Positions 11,335 through 20,007 of a stretch of DNA of 64,000 nucleotides are shown here, piece by piece. Position numbers and translations under genes: made by a program. Under the pieces are notes generated by a model, which did not search any database, was not told the DNA's origin, and was given only the letters and a program-made list of their open reading frames with translations. The DNA is from Elusimicrobiota bacterium. Its GTDB lineage: Bacteria > Elusimicrobiota > Endomicrobiia > Endomicrobiales > JBDRNC01. The DNA lies in assembly GCA_043811535.1 (NCBI GenBank), contig JBDRNC010000037.1:69039-133038 (forward strand), read 5' to 3'. The first letter of the stretch is position 1. Every line of letters starts with the position of its first letter.

Positions 11335-12123
11335 ATGGATTTCGGCATGAAGAACAGGTTATCGAAGCTGATTAAAAAAGACGGCAGGTGTTTCTTCCTG
11401 CCGATTGATCACGGGTACTTCCAGGGGCCGACGAGCTGCCTGGAAAAACCGGGAAAGACGATAGAGCCCCTGCTTAAGTACTGTGACGCGCTCTTCGTCA
11501 CGAGGGGGGTACTGCGTTCATGTGTTCCTGCTGATACCGAAACCCCGATAATCCTTAGGATTTCTGGCGGGACCAGCATGGTAGGCAAGGATCTCGCGAA
11601 TGAAATGATAACTACGTCCATCGACGATATCATAAGGCTCAACGTTTCCGCGGTAGGCGTGTCGGTTTTCGTGGGAAGCGATTACGAGCGCGAAACGCTG
11701 CAGAATCTTTCAAAGACTGTCAACGAATGCGAAAAATACGGGATTCCCGTCATGGCGGTGACGGCTGTCGGGAAAGAAACAGAAAAAATGGAAGCGAGAT
11801 ATCTCGCGCTGGCTTGCCGCATAGCCGCGGAGCTCGGAGCCAAGGTTGTCAAGACATACTGGTGTGCGAAGGACTTTGAAAAGATTGTTGACGGCTGTCC
11901 CGTACCGGTGGTGATGGCGGGCGGTCCTAAATGCGACACCGACAAGCAAGTGCTGGATTTTGTCTATGACGGCATAACAAAAGGTTCCATTGGCATAAAT
12001 CTCGGCAGGAACATCTGGCAGAACAAGCATCCCATACCCATGGCAAAGGCCCTCCATGCGATAGTCCACGGCAACAAGACTGCGGACGAGGCCTTTGAGA
12101 TATTCAAAAAAGAGCAAAAATAG
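11335..12123 (+). CDS. LsrF-like class I aldolase/thiolase (DhnA family)
   Basis: DHGYFQGP, LACRIAAELGA, VKTY, MAGGPK, GRNIWQ; GGAGG before ATG 11335. Confidence 0.85.
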   Translation: MDFGMKNRLSKLIKKDGRCFFLPIDHGYFQGPTSCLEKPGKTIEPLLKYCDALFVTRGVLRSCVPADTETPIILRISGGTSMVGKDLANEMITTSIDDIIRLNVSAVGVSVFVGSDYERETLQNLSKTVNECEKYGIPVMAVTAVGKETEKMEARYLALACRIAAELGAKVVKTYWCAKDFEKIVDGCPVPVVMAGGPKCDTDKQVLDFVYDGITKGSIGINLGRNIWQNKHPIPMAKALHAIVHGNKTADEAFEIFKKEQK

Positions 12124-12334
12124 CGCATCCCTAAACAAGGGACTTCAATTGATATAAATAGTTGTTGGTCGTGCGGATAACGTTTAGCGTATAGGTTAGT
12201 ACATTAGGTGAGCCGTAAATGAAGGGACTTTAGTCCCGGAATGGCGAACCGATATAAGCAAAAGTAGCCGGCACTTTAGTACCGGACTCCTCTGCAGATG
12301 AGGAGTGAATAGAGATTAGGGATTAGGAGAATAA

Positions 12335-13363
12335 ATGCGGGTAGCTGTCTATTACAACAACAAGGATGTCCGGATAGAAGAAAGGCCCGTGCCGAAAATC
12401 GGTCCCGGCGAGCTGCTCGTCAAGGTCATGGCGAGCGGTATATGCGGGAGCGACGTGCTTGAGTGGTACCGCATCAAGAAAGCTCCGCTTGTACTCGGCC
12501 ACGAGATAGCCGGGGATATAACGGAAACAGGCGAAGGCGTGCAAAAGTACAAAAAAGGCCAGCGCGTCTTCGTTTCCCATCACATACCATGCAATACCTG
12601 CAAGTACTGCCTGAGCGGACATCATACCGCGTGCCACACGCTTCATACGACGAATTACGATCCTGGAGGATTTTCGGAATATTTGAGAGTTCCGGCGCTT
12701 AACGTGGACAGGGGCGTATTCGTCCTTCCGGACGAGCTTTCCTATGATGACGGGGTGTTTATCGAACCTCTTGCGTGTGTAGTGCGGGGTCAGAGAATAG
12801 CGGGAGTGAAAAAGGGAGACAGCGTCTTGATACTTGGCGGCGGTATTTCGGGGCTTCTGCACCTTCAACTCGCGAAAGCATTAGGCGCGGCGAAAGTGAT
12901 CGTTACCGATATAGACCCTTGGAGGCTCGATTACGCGAAAAGGCTGGGTGCGGACTGCGTTATCAGCGCAAAAGAAGATGTGCCCGCAAAAGTAAAGCAG
13001 TGCAATAACTGCAACCTTGCCGATGTGGTAATAATCTGCACCGGCGCGATGAAGGCCTTTTACCAGGCGCTTGAGTCGGTAGACAAGGGTGGTAAAGTGC
13101 AGTGCTTCGCGGCGCCTCTTCCCGGCGAGAACCTCTCAATTCCAGTAAACGAGTTTTGGAGAAATGAAATAACGCTGATGACATCCTACGGCAACGCGCC
13201 GTATGACGCCGTGGAAGCCATTGAATTGATAAAGTCAGGCAGGGTTCCGGTGAAGGAACTGATAACTCATAAACTGAAACTTGACGAAACGGCGATGGGA
13301 TTCAAGCTGGTGGCCGAAGCCGCAAAGTCGATGAAAGTGATAATAGAACCGAACAGGAAGTGA
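12335..13363 (+). CDS. Zn-dependent alcohol/polyol dehydrogenase
   Basis: GICGSD, LGHE, CxxCxxC-x7-C structural Zn site, EPLAC. Confidence 0.9.
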   Translation: MRVAVYYNNKDVRIEERPVPKIGPGELLVKVMASGICGSDVLEWYRIKKAPLVLGHEIAGDITETGEGVQKYKKGQRVFVSHHIPCNTCKYCLSGHHTACHTLHTTNYDPGGFSEYLRVPALNVDRGVFVLPDELSYDDGVFIEPLACVVRGQRIAGVKKGDSVLILGGGISGLLHLQLAKALGAAKVIVTDIDPWRLDYAKRLGADCVISAKEDVPAKVKQCNNCNLADVVIICTGAMKAFYQALESVDKGGKVQCFAAPLPGENLSIPVNEFWRNEITLMTSYGNAPYDAVEAIELIKSGRVPVKELITHKLKLDETAMGFKLVAEAAKSMKVIIEPNRK

Positions 13364-13427
13364 TTGGCTATTAGCCATTAGCAATTGGTAAAAACTAATT
13401 GCCAATAGCTAATCGCTAATTGCCGCA

Positions 13428-14237
13428 TTAATAGTTCTTGGCTCTTTCCAGTATATATACCGTCACTTTTTTGTGCATCCAGGGTTTTTCTTCTTCACGG
13501 TTGTTCACGCCAAGGTCCACTCTATTCCCTTTTATCGCCGAGCCGGTGTCTCCCGCGTAGCCGTACCCGTAACCGGGAACGTAAAGCCTTGTCCGCAGGG
13601 GTATGACATTCGGATCCACGGCGATGACGCCCCTTTGCATTTTTTCGCCCAAGAACGTTATGGTTCCGTCCCGCCACGCGAGAGGGTCTCCGGGATAGTA
13701 AGCGGTGGCTATCATTTTCATTTTCTGGGCCTTTGACAGGTCGTATATCTTCTCAATGCCGCCTTTTTCGTCGAACAAAACGAGCCGCCTTACCGCCTTC
13801 TTTGTTTTTCTTTCTTTCTTTATCTCTCTGGCTTTTTCAACTCCGTCGTGGAGAAGCAGTTTCACGTCCCTGAGTATCCTCGTGTCTATTCCTCTTTGAA
13901 TTTTTACAAGCCGGAGATTTGTATCTGATGAAGTTTCAGAAATAACCTTGAAAGGGAGGATTTCTTCGGTTTTTATCTTCTTTTCTTCAACTCTCGTGAT
14001 GCGTATAATACCCTTGTCCGGCACAGAGGAAGTCAGGGGAGGCTGTATAATGTCTTTTTTGCCCAGTTTAATTTTAAGTTCGTCAAGAAGCTGCTCGACA
14101 GTTACGGGTTTAGGGTGAAGGCTTATCCTCCGGCCGTCCACTATTACGACGACGCTCCGCCAGGAGATAAGATAAACCTCCCAAAGCAGGAATACCGCGA
14201 GCAGGGCGGCGCATGTGATGATTGTTTTCTTCAGCAT
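13428..14237 (-). CDS. YabE-like cell-wall protein (ubiquitin-like DUF348, G5-like and 3D domains)
   Basis: N-terminal TM helix; C-terminal ATAY, IAVDPNVIPL, AGDTGSAIKGNRVDL. Confidence 0.85.
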   Translation of the reverse strand: MLKKTIITCAALLAVFLLWEVYLISWRSVVVIVDGRRISLHPKPVTVEQLLDELKIKLGKKDIIQPPLTSSVPDKGIIRITRVEEKKIKTEEILPFKVISETSSDTNLRLVKIQRGIDTRILRDVKLLLHDGVEKAREIKKERKTKKAVRRLVLFDEKGGIEKIYDLSKAQKMKMIATAYYPGDPLAWRDGTITFLGEKMQRGVIAVDPNVIPLRTRLYVPGYGYGYAGDTGSAIKGNRVDLGVNNREEEKPWMHKKVTVYILERAKNY

Positions 14238-14240
14238 AAG

Positions 14241-14843
14241 TTACCTATTTTCGACTTCGTCCAGGTACGGCCTTGAGCGGAATTTAGTGCCGATTTCTAC
14301 TGCGATTTTCCGGCACTTATCAAGGTCTTCTCCCGGGAATTCTATGCAGGTTATCGTGACGTCAGGTATGTGTTTAACGCATTCTTTCGCGAAATCAAGG
14401 ACTGCCTGGAAAGTTTCCGGGCCGAATTTCGGTATGTGGAGCCTGTCGTATTCTTCGCTGTCCGAGGCGTTAAGGCTTATCGATACCGCGTCAACGATTC
14501 CCTTGAGCTCGGGAAGTATATTCCTGCCGTGTATAAGGTTGCCGTGGCCCGAAGTGTTCACGCGGACAATCCCGCCTTGTTCTTTAACCCAGGCCGCGAC
14601 TTCCTTTAATATGTCAAGGCGCATGAAAGGCTCGCCGTAACCGCAGAAAATTATCTCTCCGTATTTTTTCGGGTCCTTTATCTCGTTAATAACCTCTTCT
14701 GCGGACGGTTCCTTTTCCAGGCGCAGGTCGTGCCCGCGGAACTGCCCCTTCCACTTATTCTTGATGCAGAATATGCACGCGGAGGTGCATTTGTTCGTCA
14801 GGTTGATATAGAGATTGTTGTGATACTTATAAGTAATTGACAT
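14241..14843 (-). CDS. TatD-associated radical SAM protein
   Basis: LYINLTNKCTSACIFC (CxxxCxxC), FCGYGEP; next to tatD. Confidence 0.9.
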   Translation of the reverse strand: MSITYKYHNNLYINLTNKCTSACIFCIKNKWKGQFRGHDLRLEKEPSAEEVINEIKDPKKYGEIIFCGYGEPFMRLDILKEVAAWVKEQGGIVRVNTSGHGNLIHGRNILPELKGIVDAVSISLNASDSEEYDRLHIPKFGPETFQAVLDFAKECVKHIPDVTITCIEFPGEDLDKCRKIAVEIGTKFRSRPYLDEVENR

Positions 14844-14929
14844 AAAAGTAAATTGCCAAATGGCTCTATGGCTCAATGGCTAAAAGACAAAATCAGCCAT
14901 TTAGCCGTTTAACCATTTAGCCATGATTC

Positions 14930-15697
14930 TTATAGATTGAATAGATTAACCGCATTCTCCGTTGTTATTCTTGCCACGGTATCAACTGATACATTCTTTA
15001 TTTTCGCCACTTCTTCGGCTATATACGTCAGATACGACGGTTCGTTGCGCTTGCCTCTGAAAGCCTGAGGGGGGAGATAAGGGCAATCGGTCTCAAGCAG
15101 TATCTTTTCAAGGGGGATAGCGGCTACAACTTCCTTGAGAACTTTAGCCGAAGGATACGTCACAGGGCCGTCTATTCCTATTAAAAAGCCCAGGGCTATC
15201 ATTGTCCTGGCTTCATCAACGCTTCCGGCAAAGCAATGGGAAACTCCCGCTGGTCTTGAGCCGTCGTAATACATTGATACTATCCCGATGAGGTCCTTGA
15301 AAGCTTCTCTGCAATGAATGATAAGCGGTTTTCCCGTTTCTTTCGCCAATTCTATATGCCTGATAAAGTGGTTCTTCTGCAGTTCAACCGGCGAATTCTT
15401 GTAGTAATAATCAAGCCCCGTTTCGCCGACAGCCTTCACTCCGGGATTATCCAGAAGAACGCGCAATTCATTGAGTTCGCGCGCGCCGGCTTTGCCGGCG
15501 TCGTGCGGGTGTACCCCGAGCGCACAGAAGATGTTTTCGCGGGTTTCCGACAGTTTTACGGTGCTTTTCCAGATGCCGGGCTCCCAGCCGATCTCTATTA
15601 TCCTGTCCACGCCTTTTTCGGCGGCCCTTGAGATGACCGAATCCCTGTCGGAATCAAACGGCGTATCTAGAAGCTGGGCGTGGGTGTCAATATACAT
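14930..15697 (-). CDS. tatD: TatD family nuclease
   Basis: IDTH, GVHPH, GETGLDY, IHCREA, ETDCPYL. Confidence 0.95.
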   Translation of the reverse strand: MYIDTHAQLLDTPFDSDRDSVISRAAEKGVDRIIEIGWEPGIWKSTVKLSETRENIFCALGVHPHDAGKAGARELNELRVLLDNPGVKAVGETGLDYYYKNSPVELQKNHFIRHIELAKETGKPLIIHCREAFKDLIGIVSMYYDGSRPAGVSHCFAGSVDEARTMIALGFLIGIDGPVTYPSAKVLKEVVAAIPLEKILLETDCPYLPPQAFRGKRNEPSYLTYIAEEVAKIKNVSVDTVARITTENAVNLFNL

Positions 15698-15736
15698 AGT
15701 TATGAGTGATGAGTTCGGAGTTCGTAGATAAAGACG

Positions 15737-17254
15737 CTACTTGTTCTGAATTCTGGGGAACAGGATGCCGGGTTTAGATATGGAATTCCCGGGAACGGGG
15801 AACTCAATACTCTGATTTGTGAAGTATTTAGCCGCCGCTTCTTCGATTTTATCGGGCTGGCCGATGCCTGACCAGATCTTTTGGGCCGTTTCCGGCATGA
15901 AAGGCTGTAAATGAAACGCTACGCGCCCGATGGTTTTTAAAAGGTTATAAAATATCCCGGGTAGAGCCGATTTGTCTTCCTTGGCCAGCTTCCACGGTGC
16001 GGTATCTTCAATGTAGCGGTTCGCCTTGTCTATCGCCCTCTGGAGTTTTTCCGCGACGCGGTGGAACTCAAGGTTATCAAAATTCCCGCTTAATCCGGCG
16101 AGTTCCTCTTCAACGGAGAACTCCTGGGATGCGTTCGCCGGCGGTACCCTGCCTTCAAGGTATTTTTCCATCATGGTAAGCGTCCGCGAAACAAGGTTGC
16201 CGAGGTTATTGGCAAGGTCGGTATTGTACCGCTCGGTCAGCCCCTGCCACGAAACGTCGCCGTCGGTCCCGAACGGGAAAAGGGAAAGCATAAGGTAGCG
16301 GCTCGCGTCAACGCCGAACTTGTCTATCAGCTCTTTAGGTTTGATGACGTTTCCGAGCGTCTTGGACATTTTCTCGCCGTTTATAGTGAAGAAACCGTGA
16401 GAAAAAAGCTTCTTGGGAAGCGGAATCCCAGCGGCAAGCAACATGGCGGGCCATATTATCGCGTGGAACCAGAGAATTTCTTTGGCCGTTATATGCAGGT
16501 CGGCCGGCCAGTATTTATTGAATTGTTCCTTATTGTCGGAATAGCCTATACCAGAAATGTAATTGGTCAGCGCGTCGACCCAGACATAGAAAACCTGATT
16601 CTCGTCAAAAGGAAGCGGTACGCCCCATTTAAGCGCGGCCCGGGATATGCTGATATCCTGGAGTCCGGTTTTAAGCTTGCCTATAACCTCGTTCCTTCTT
16701 TCAACAGGGAAGACCGCGAATTCCTTGGCTTCCGTGAGTATCCTGAGCATTTCATCCTGGTATTCGGCAAGCTTGAAAAACCAGTTTTCCTCCGAATGCG
16801 TCACGGGCTTGAGTTTGTGATCGGGGCAGCACTTGTCTTCATTGAGGTCTTCGGGCGCGAGGAATTTCTCGCACTGGACGCAGTACAGTCCTTCGTATTT
16901 TTTCTTATATATCTTACCGTCGTTGTAAAGCTTGGAAAACAGTTCCCGCACGGTCTTTTTGTGCGTAGCGTCCGTGGTCCTGATGTAGTTATCGAATGTC
17001 GCTCCCAGTTCAACCCAGCTTTTCCTGAATTCAGACGAAATGTAATCGACGAATTCCTGCGGTGTCTTTCCTGCTTTTTCGGCGGCTTGCACGATCTTGG
17101 CCCCGTGTTCATCAGTGCCGGTAAGGAAGAAAACATCCCTGCCGTTAAGCCGGTACCAGCGCGCGAGCACGTCGGCCGCGATCGTCGTGTAAGCATGCCC
17201 TATATGAGGCAGGTCATTGACGTAATAAATAGGGGTAGTTAGATAAAATTTCAT
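15737..17254 (-). CDS. metG: Methionine-tRNA ligase (short form)
   Basis: TTPIYYVN, HIGH, GTDEHG, KMSKT. Confidence 0.97.
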   Translation of the reverse strand: MKFYLTTPIYYVNDLPHIGHAYTTIAADVLARWYRLNGRDVFFLTGTDEHGAKIVQAAEKAGKTPQEFVDYISSEFRKSWVELGATFDNYIRTTDATHKKTVRELFSKLYNDGKIYKKKYEGLYCVQCEKFLAPEDLNEDKCCPDHKLKPVTHSEENWFFKLAEYQDEMLRILTEAKEFAVFPVERRNEVIGKLKTGLQDISISRAALKWGVPLPFDENQVFYVWVDALTNYISGIGYSDNKEQFNKYWPADLHITAKEILWFHAIIWPAMLLAAGIPLPKKLFSHGFFTINGEKMSKTLGNVIKPKELIDKFGVDASRYLMLSLFPFGTDGDVSWQGLTERYNTDLANNLGNLVSRTLTMMEKYLEGRVPPANASQEFSVEEELAGLSGNFDNLEFHRVAEKLQRAIDKANRYIEDTAPWKLAKEDKSALPGIFYNLLKTIGRVAFHLQPFMPETAQKIWSGIGQPDKIEEAAAKYFTNQSIEFPVPGNSISKPGILFPRIQNK

Positions 17255-17273
17255 ATTTCAGACGGTCTTAAAT

Positions 17274-17348
17274 GTCATTCCCGCGGTTTTAAGCGGGAAT
17301 CCATGTATTTATAAAGCTGAATCCCCGATTCAAGCATTCGGGGATGAC
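17274..17348. repeat. Palindromic REP-like element GTCATTCCCGC...GCGGGAATCC...ATCCCCGA...TCGGGGATGAC
   Basis: Two internal hairpins with terminal GTCAT/ATGAC inverted ends; a further hairpin at 17346-17364. Confidence 0.7.
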
Positions 17349-17379
17349 CCCGAATAACGGGGTCAATTTGTAATTGATG

Positions 17380-18195
17380 TTAAAGTCCGATTTTATTCAA
17401 TAATGTTGCGGAAACCTGGCTCAGGGGGAATACCTTGACCTGCTTGTCCGAGGCCATTTCAACCTGGACCTCTTCCTTGAGCAGGTGTATGCCCGTTACA
17501 ACGCCGGGCCCTTCAGGGGTCTGCACCTTGCTGCCGATCCTGGGCATGTTTTTTTTCATCTTACAGTAAGCGTCGTTCTCGTACGACAGGCAGCACATCA
17601 GCCTCCCGCACAGCCCGGAGAGCTTTGAGGTGTTGATGGATAGGTCCTGTTCCTTTGCCATGTCGATCGTTACCGAAGAAAATTCCTTGAGGAAACCCTG
17701 GCAGCAGAGGTTGCGCCCGCAATGCCCGAGCCCGCCGATCATCTTCGCCTCGTCGCGGACGCCGATCTGGACCATCTGTATCCTTGTCTTGAGCACGTGC
17801 CCGAGGTCCTTGATAAGTTCGCGGAAATCAACGCGCGTTTCCGCGGTGTAATAGATGAAAAGCTTTGAGCGGTCAAACGTGTACTGCACGCAAGTCAGTT
17901 TCATCTGCAGTTCGTGGTCTTCCACCTTCTGAAGCACTATCTTCTGCGCCTGCTTGTTCTTTTCTTCGTTTTCTTTCACGCGTTTAATGTCTTCGGGCGT
18001 AAGTTTCCTCACGATCTTGCCGATCGCTTCCTTCGGTTTCTCTACCATTTTTTCTTTTTCCGAGATAACGCCTGCCTCGACGCCGTGTTCGGTCTCGATC
18101 AGGATATTATCTCCGATCAGGATGTCGATATGCCCCGAGTCGCCCCATATTTTCTCTTTAAGACGTCTTACTATTATTCCGGCTAGTATCGGCAT
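17380..18195 (-). CDS. ricT: PSP1-domain protein RicT/YaaT
   Basis: RVDFRELIKDL, QIGVRDEA, CGRNLCC, KLSGLCGRLMCCL; lies between holB and metG. Confidence 0.9.
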   Translation of the reverse strand: MPILAGIIVRRLKEKIWGDSGHIDILIGDNILIETEHGVEAGVISEKEKMVEKPKEAIGKIVRKLTPEDIKRVKENEEKNKQAQKIVLQKVEDHELQMKLTCVQYTFDRSKLFIYYTAETRVDFRELIKDLGHVLKTRIQMVQIGVRDEAKMIGGLGHCGRNLCCQGFLKEFSSVTIDMAKEQDLSINTSKLSGLCGRLMCCLSYENDAYCKMKKNMPRIGSKVQTPEGPGVVTGIHLLKEEVQVEMASDKQVKVFPLSQVSATLLNKIGL

Positions 18196-18218
18196 ATAGG
18201 TCTCCGGTGAATGACTTT

Positions 18219-19172
18219 TTATTTTGAGCCGTGATTCAGGCTTAAAAGCATGTTATCAAGAACCATTTGCGCGTTGACGTTGCGTCCCAGCAATTTATCT
18301 GATGCAAGCACCTCTTGAACGGCGTTTCTGTATTTTTCCGGGTCCCTGTTGAAATCCATCTTGACAAGAGCGAGCAGCTCCCTGGTGAATTCAGAAGCGT
18401 TTTTTGAATGCTGCTGGCTCACCGCGAGCAGTTCGGCGTCGGCCAGAAGGTTTTTCTTTATGTCATTCCAGAGGGACTCAAGCATCCCGGAATCCTCTTC
18501 AACAAGCGCCGCGGCGGCCAAAAAAGAGCCCTCGGACCTTGCCGCGATCTTTGCGGCTGCGGATTCTGAAAGAGAATGATGTCTTGCCAGGTATTGCGCC
18601 ACCTCGGTTTCTTTAAGAGGTGTGAAAGGTATTATCTGCGTCCGCGAAACAACGGTGGCCGGGAGGTTTTCGCGGTTCCTGGCGAGCAGGATAAGCAGCG
18701 TCCATTTCGGGGGCTCTTCAAGCGTCTTCAGAAGGCAGTTCGCCGCGTCAAGCGTGATTTTCTCGGCAGGTTCAATGATGTAAACCTTCCATTTACCTTC
18801 AGAGGGCTTGAGACTCACTCCCTTCTGGACTTCCCGTATAGTGTTTATCTTTATGCTCTTCTGTTTCTCGACATCCTTGTTCTCAAGGTTCGCCTGCCAC
18901 TCAAAATTGACAAGCTGCACATCCGGATGCAGTCCGCGGTCTATCTTGCTGCAGGAAGGGCAATGCCCGCACGCGCCGCCGGTATTCTGTATTCCGTCCT
19001 GCGCCGAGACGTTCGCCGCGCAGTTAAGGATTTTCGCCAGTTCAAGCGCGAATTTCTTCCGGCCAACGCCTTCCTGTCCGAGGAAGAGATAGGCATGAGG
19101 GACCCTGCCGGATTTCAGCTGGCCTATGGTTATGTCTTTAGCTTTCTGCTGGTTGATTATATTTTTAAACAT
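18219..19172 (-). CDS. holB: DNA polymerase III delta' subunit
   Basis: HAYLFLG, CGHCPSC, HPDV, ANCLLKTLEEPP, TVVSRTQ. Confidence 0.95.
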   Translation of the reverse strand: MFKNIINQQKAKDITIGQLKSGRVPHAYLFLGQEGVGRKKFALELAKILNCAANVSAQDGIQNTGGACGHCPSCSKIDRGLHPDVQLVNFEWQANLENKDVEKQKSIKINTIREVQKGVSLKPSEGKWKVYIIEPAEKITLDAANCLLKTLEEPPKWTLLILLARNRENLPATVVSRTQIIPFTPLKETEVAQYLARHHSLSESAAAKIAARSEGSFLAAAALVEEDSGMLESLWNDIKKNLLADAELLAVSQQHSKNASEFTRELLALVKMDFNRDPEKYRNAVQEVLASDKLLGRNVNAQMVLDNMLLSLNHGSK

Positions 19173-19306
19173 TTTAATCGCAGATACACACAGATAAAAT
19201 TTACAGATTTGCGCAGATATAAGTCGCAGATTTAAAACACAGATACACGCAGATAAAATCTCAGATTAAACTACGATTACACGGAAAAAAAACTGGATTA
19301 CACAGA

Positions 19307-19933
19307 TTAAATGACCTTATCTACTTCCCGCAAAATCAGTTTTGCTGTTTCAGAGACGGTTTTTTGGACCTTTATGATTTTAATTCTTTTTGGTTCCCTT
19401 CGGGCGAGCGCGAGGTAGCCCTTACGGACGCGGTTATGGAAGGAAACAGTTTCCATTTCCAGTCTGTCGGCGCCTTTTTTGACTTTTTTCGCTTTCTTGA
19501 GGCCCTTGCCGGCGGGTATATCCAGATAGATCGTCAAATCCGGGATTATCCCGCAGGAAGCGACGCGGTTCAATTCTCTGATGATATCAAGGCCGATGCC
19601 GCGCCCGTACCCCTGGTACGCGACGGTAGCGTCGAAAAATCTGTCGCAGACGATGGTCTTGCCGGAATCAAGCGCCGGTCCCATGACCTCGGCTATATGC
19701 TGGGCGCGCGCGGCCTCGTAAAGGAACAATTCGGCAAGCGGGCTTATCCTGCTTTTCGGGTGAAGCAGTATTTTCCGTACTGCTTCCGCCAGAGTTGTCC
19801 CGCCCGGTTCCCTTGTATGGACAATTTTGCGTCCGCCGCGTTTCAGCGCTGCCGCGAGTATCGCGGAATGCGTGCTTTTTCCGCTGCCTTCGCAGCCTTC
19901 AAGCGTGATAAAAAATCCTGATTTTTTCGTCAT
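19307..19933 (-). CDS. tmk: Thymidylate kinase
   Basis: FITLEGCEGSGKST, TREPGG, DRF, AYQGYGRG; second ATG chosen because the first abuts the -10 box. Confidence 0.95.
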   Translation of the reverse strand: MTKKSGFFITLEGCEGSGKSTHSAILAAALKRGGRKIVHTREPGGTTLAEAVRKILLHPKSRISPLAELFLYEAARAQHIAEVMGPALDSGKTIVCDRFFDATVAYQGYGRGIGLDIIRELNRVASCGIIPDLTIYLDIPAGKGLKKAKKVKKGADRLEMETVSFHNRVRKGYLALARREPKRIKIIKVQKTVSETAKLILREVDKVI

Positions 19934-20007
19934 ATCAGGCATATTTTAACATAAAAAAGGGTGCGTGTAAAGTTTAAGGGGGAGGTAACGTGATTTCGGA
20001 GCGCGGT

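Noticed and set aside
17255..17379. T-box or SAM riboswitch before metG
   Set aside because: Too short, occupied by a palindromic repeat, and no T-box or S-box motifs seen.
19177..19310. CRISPR array (also considered at 51619-51672 and 61404-61553)
   Set aside because: Units are short and degenerate, with no unique 30-40-nt spacers and no cas genes.
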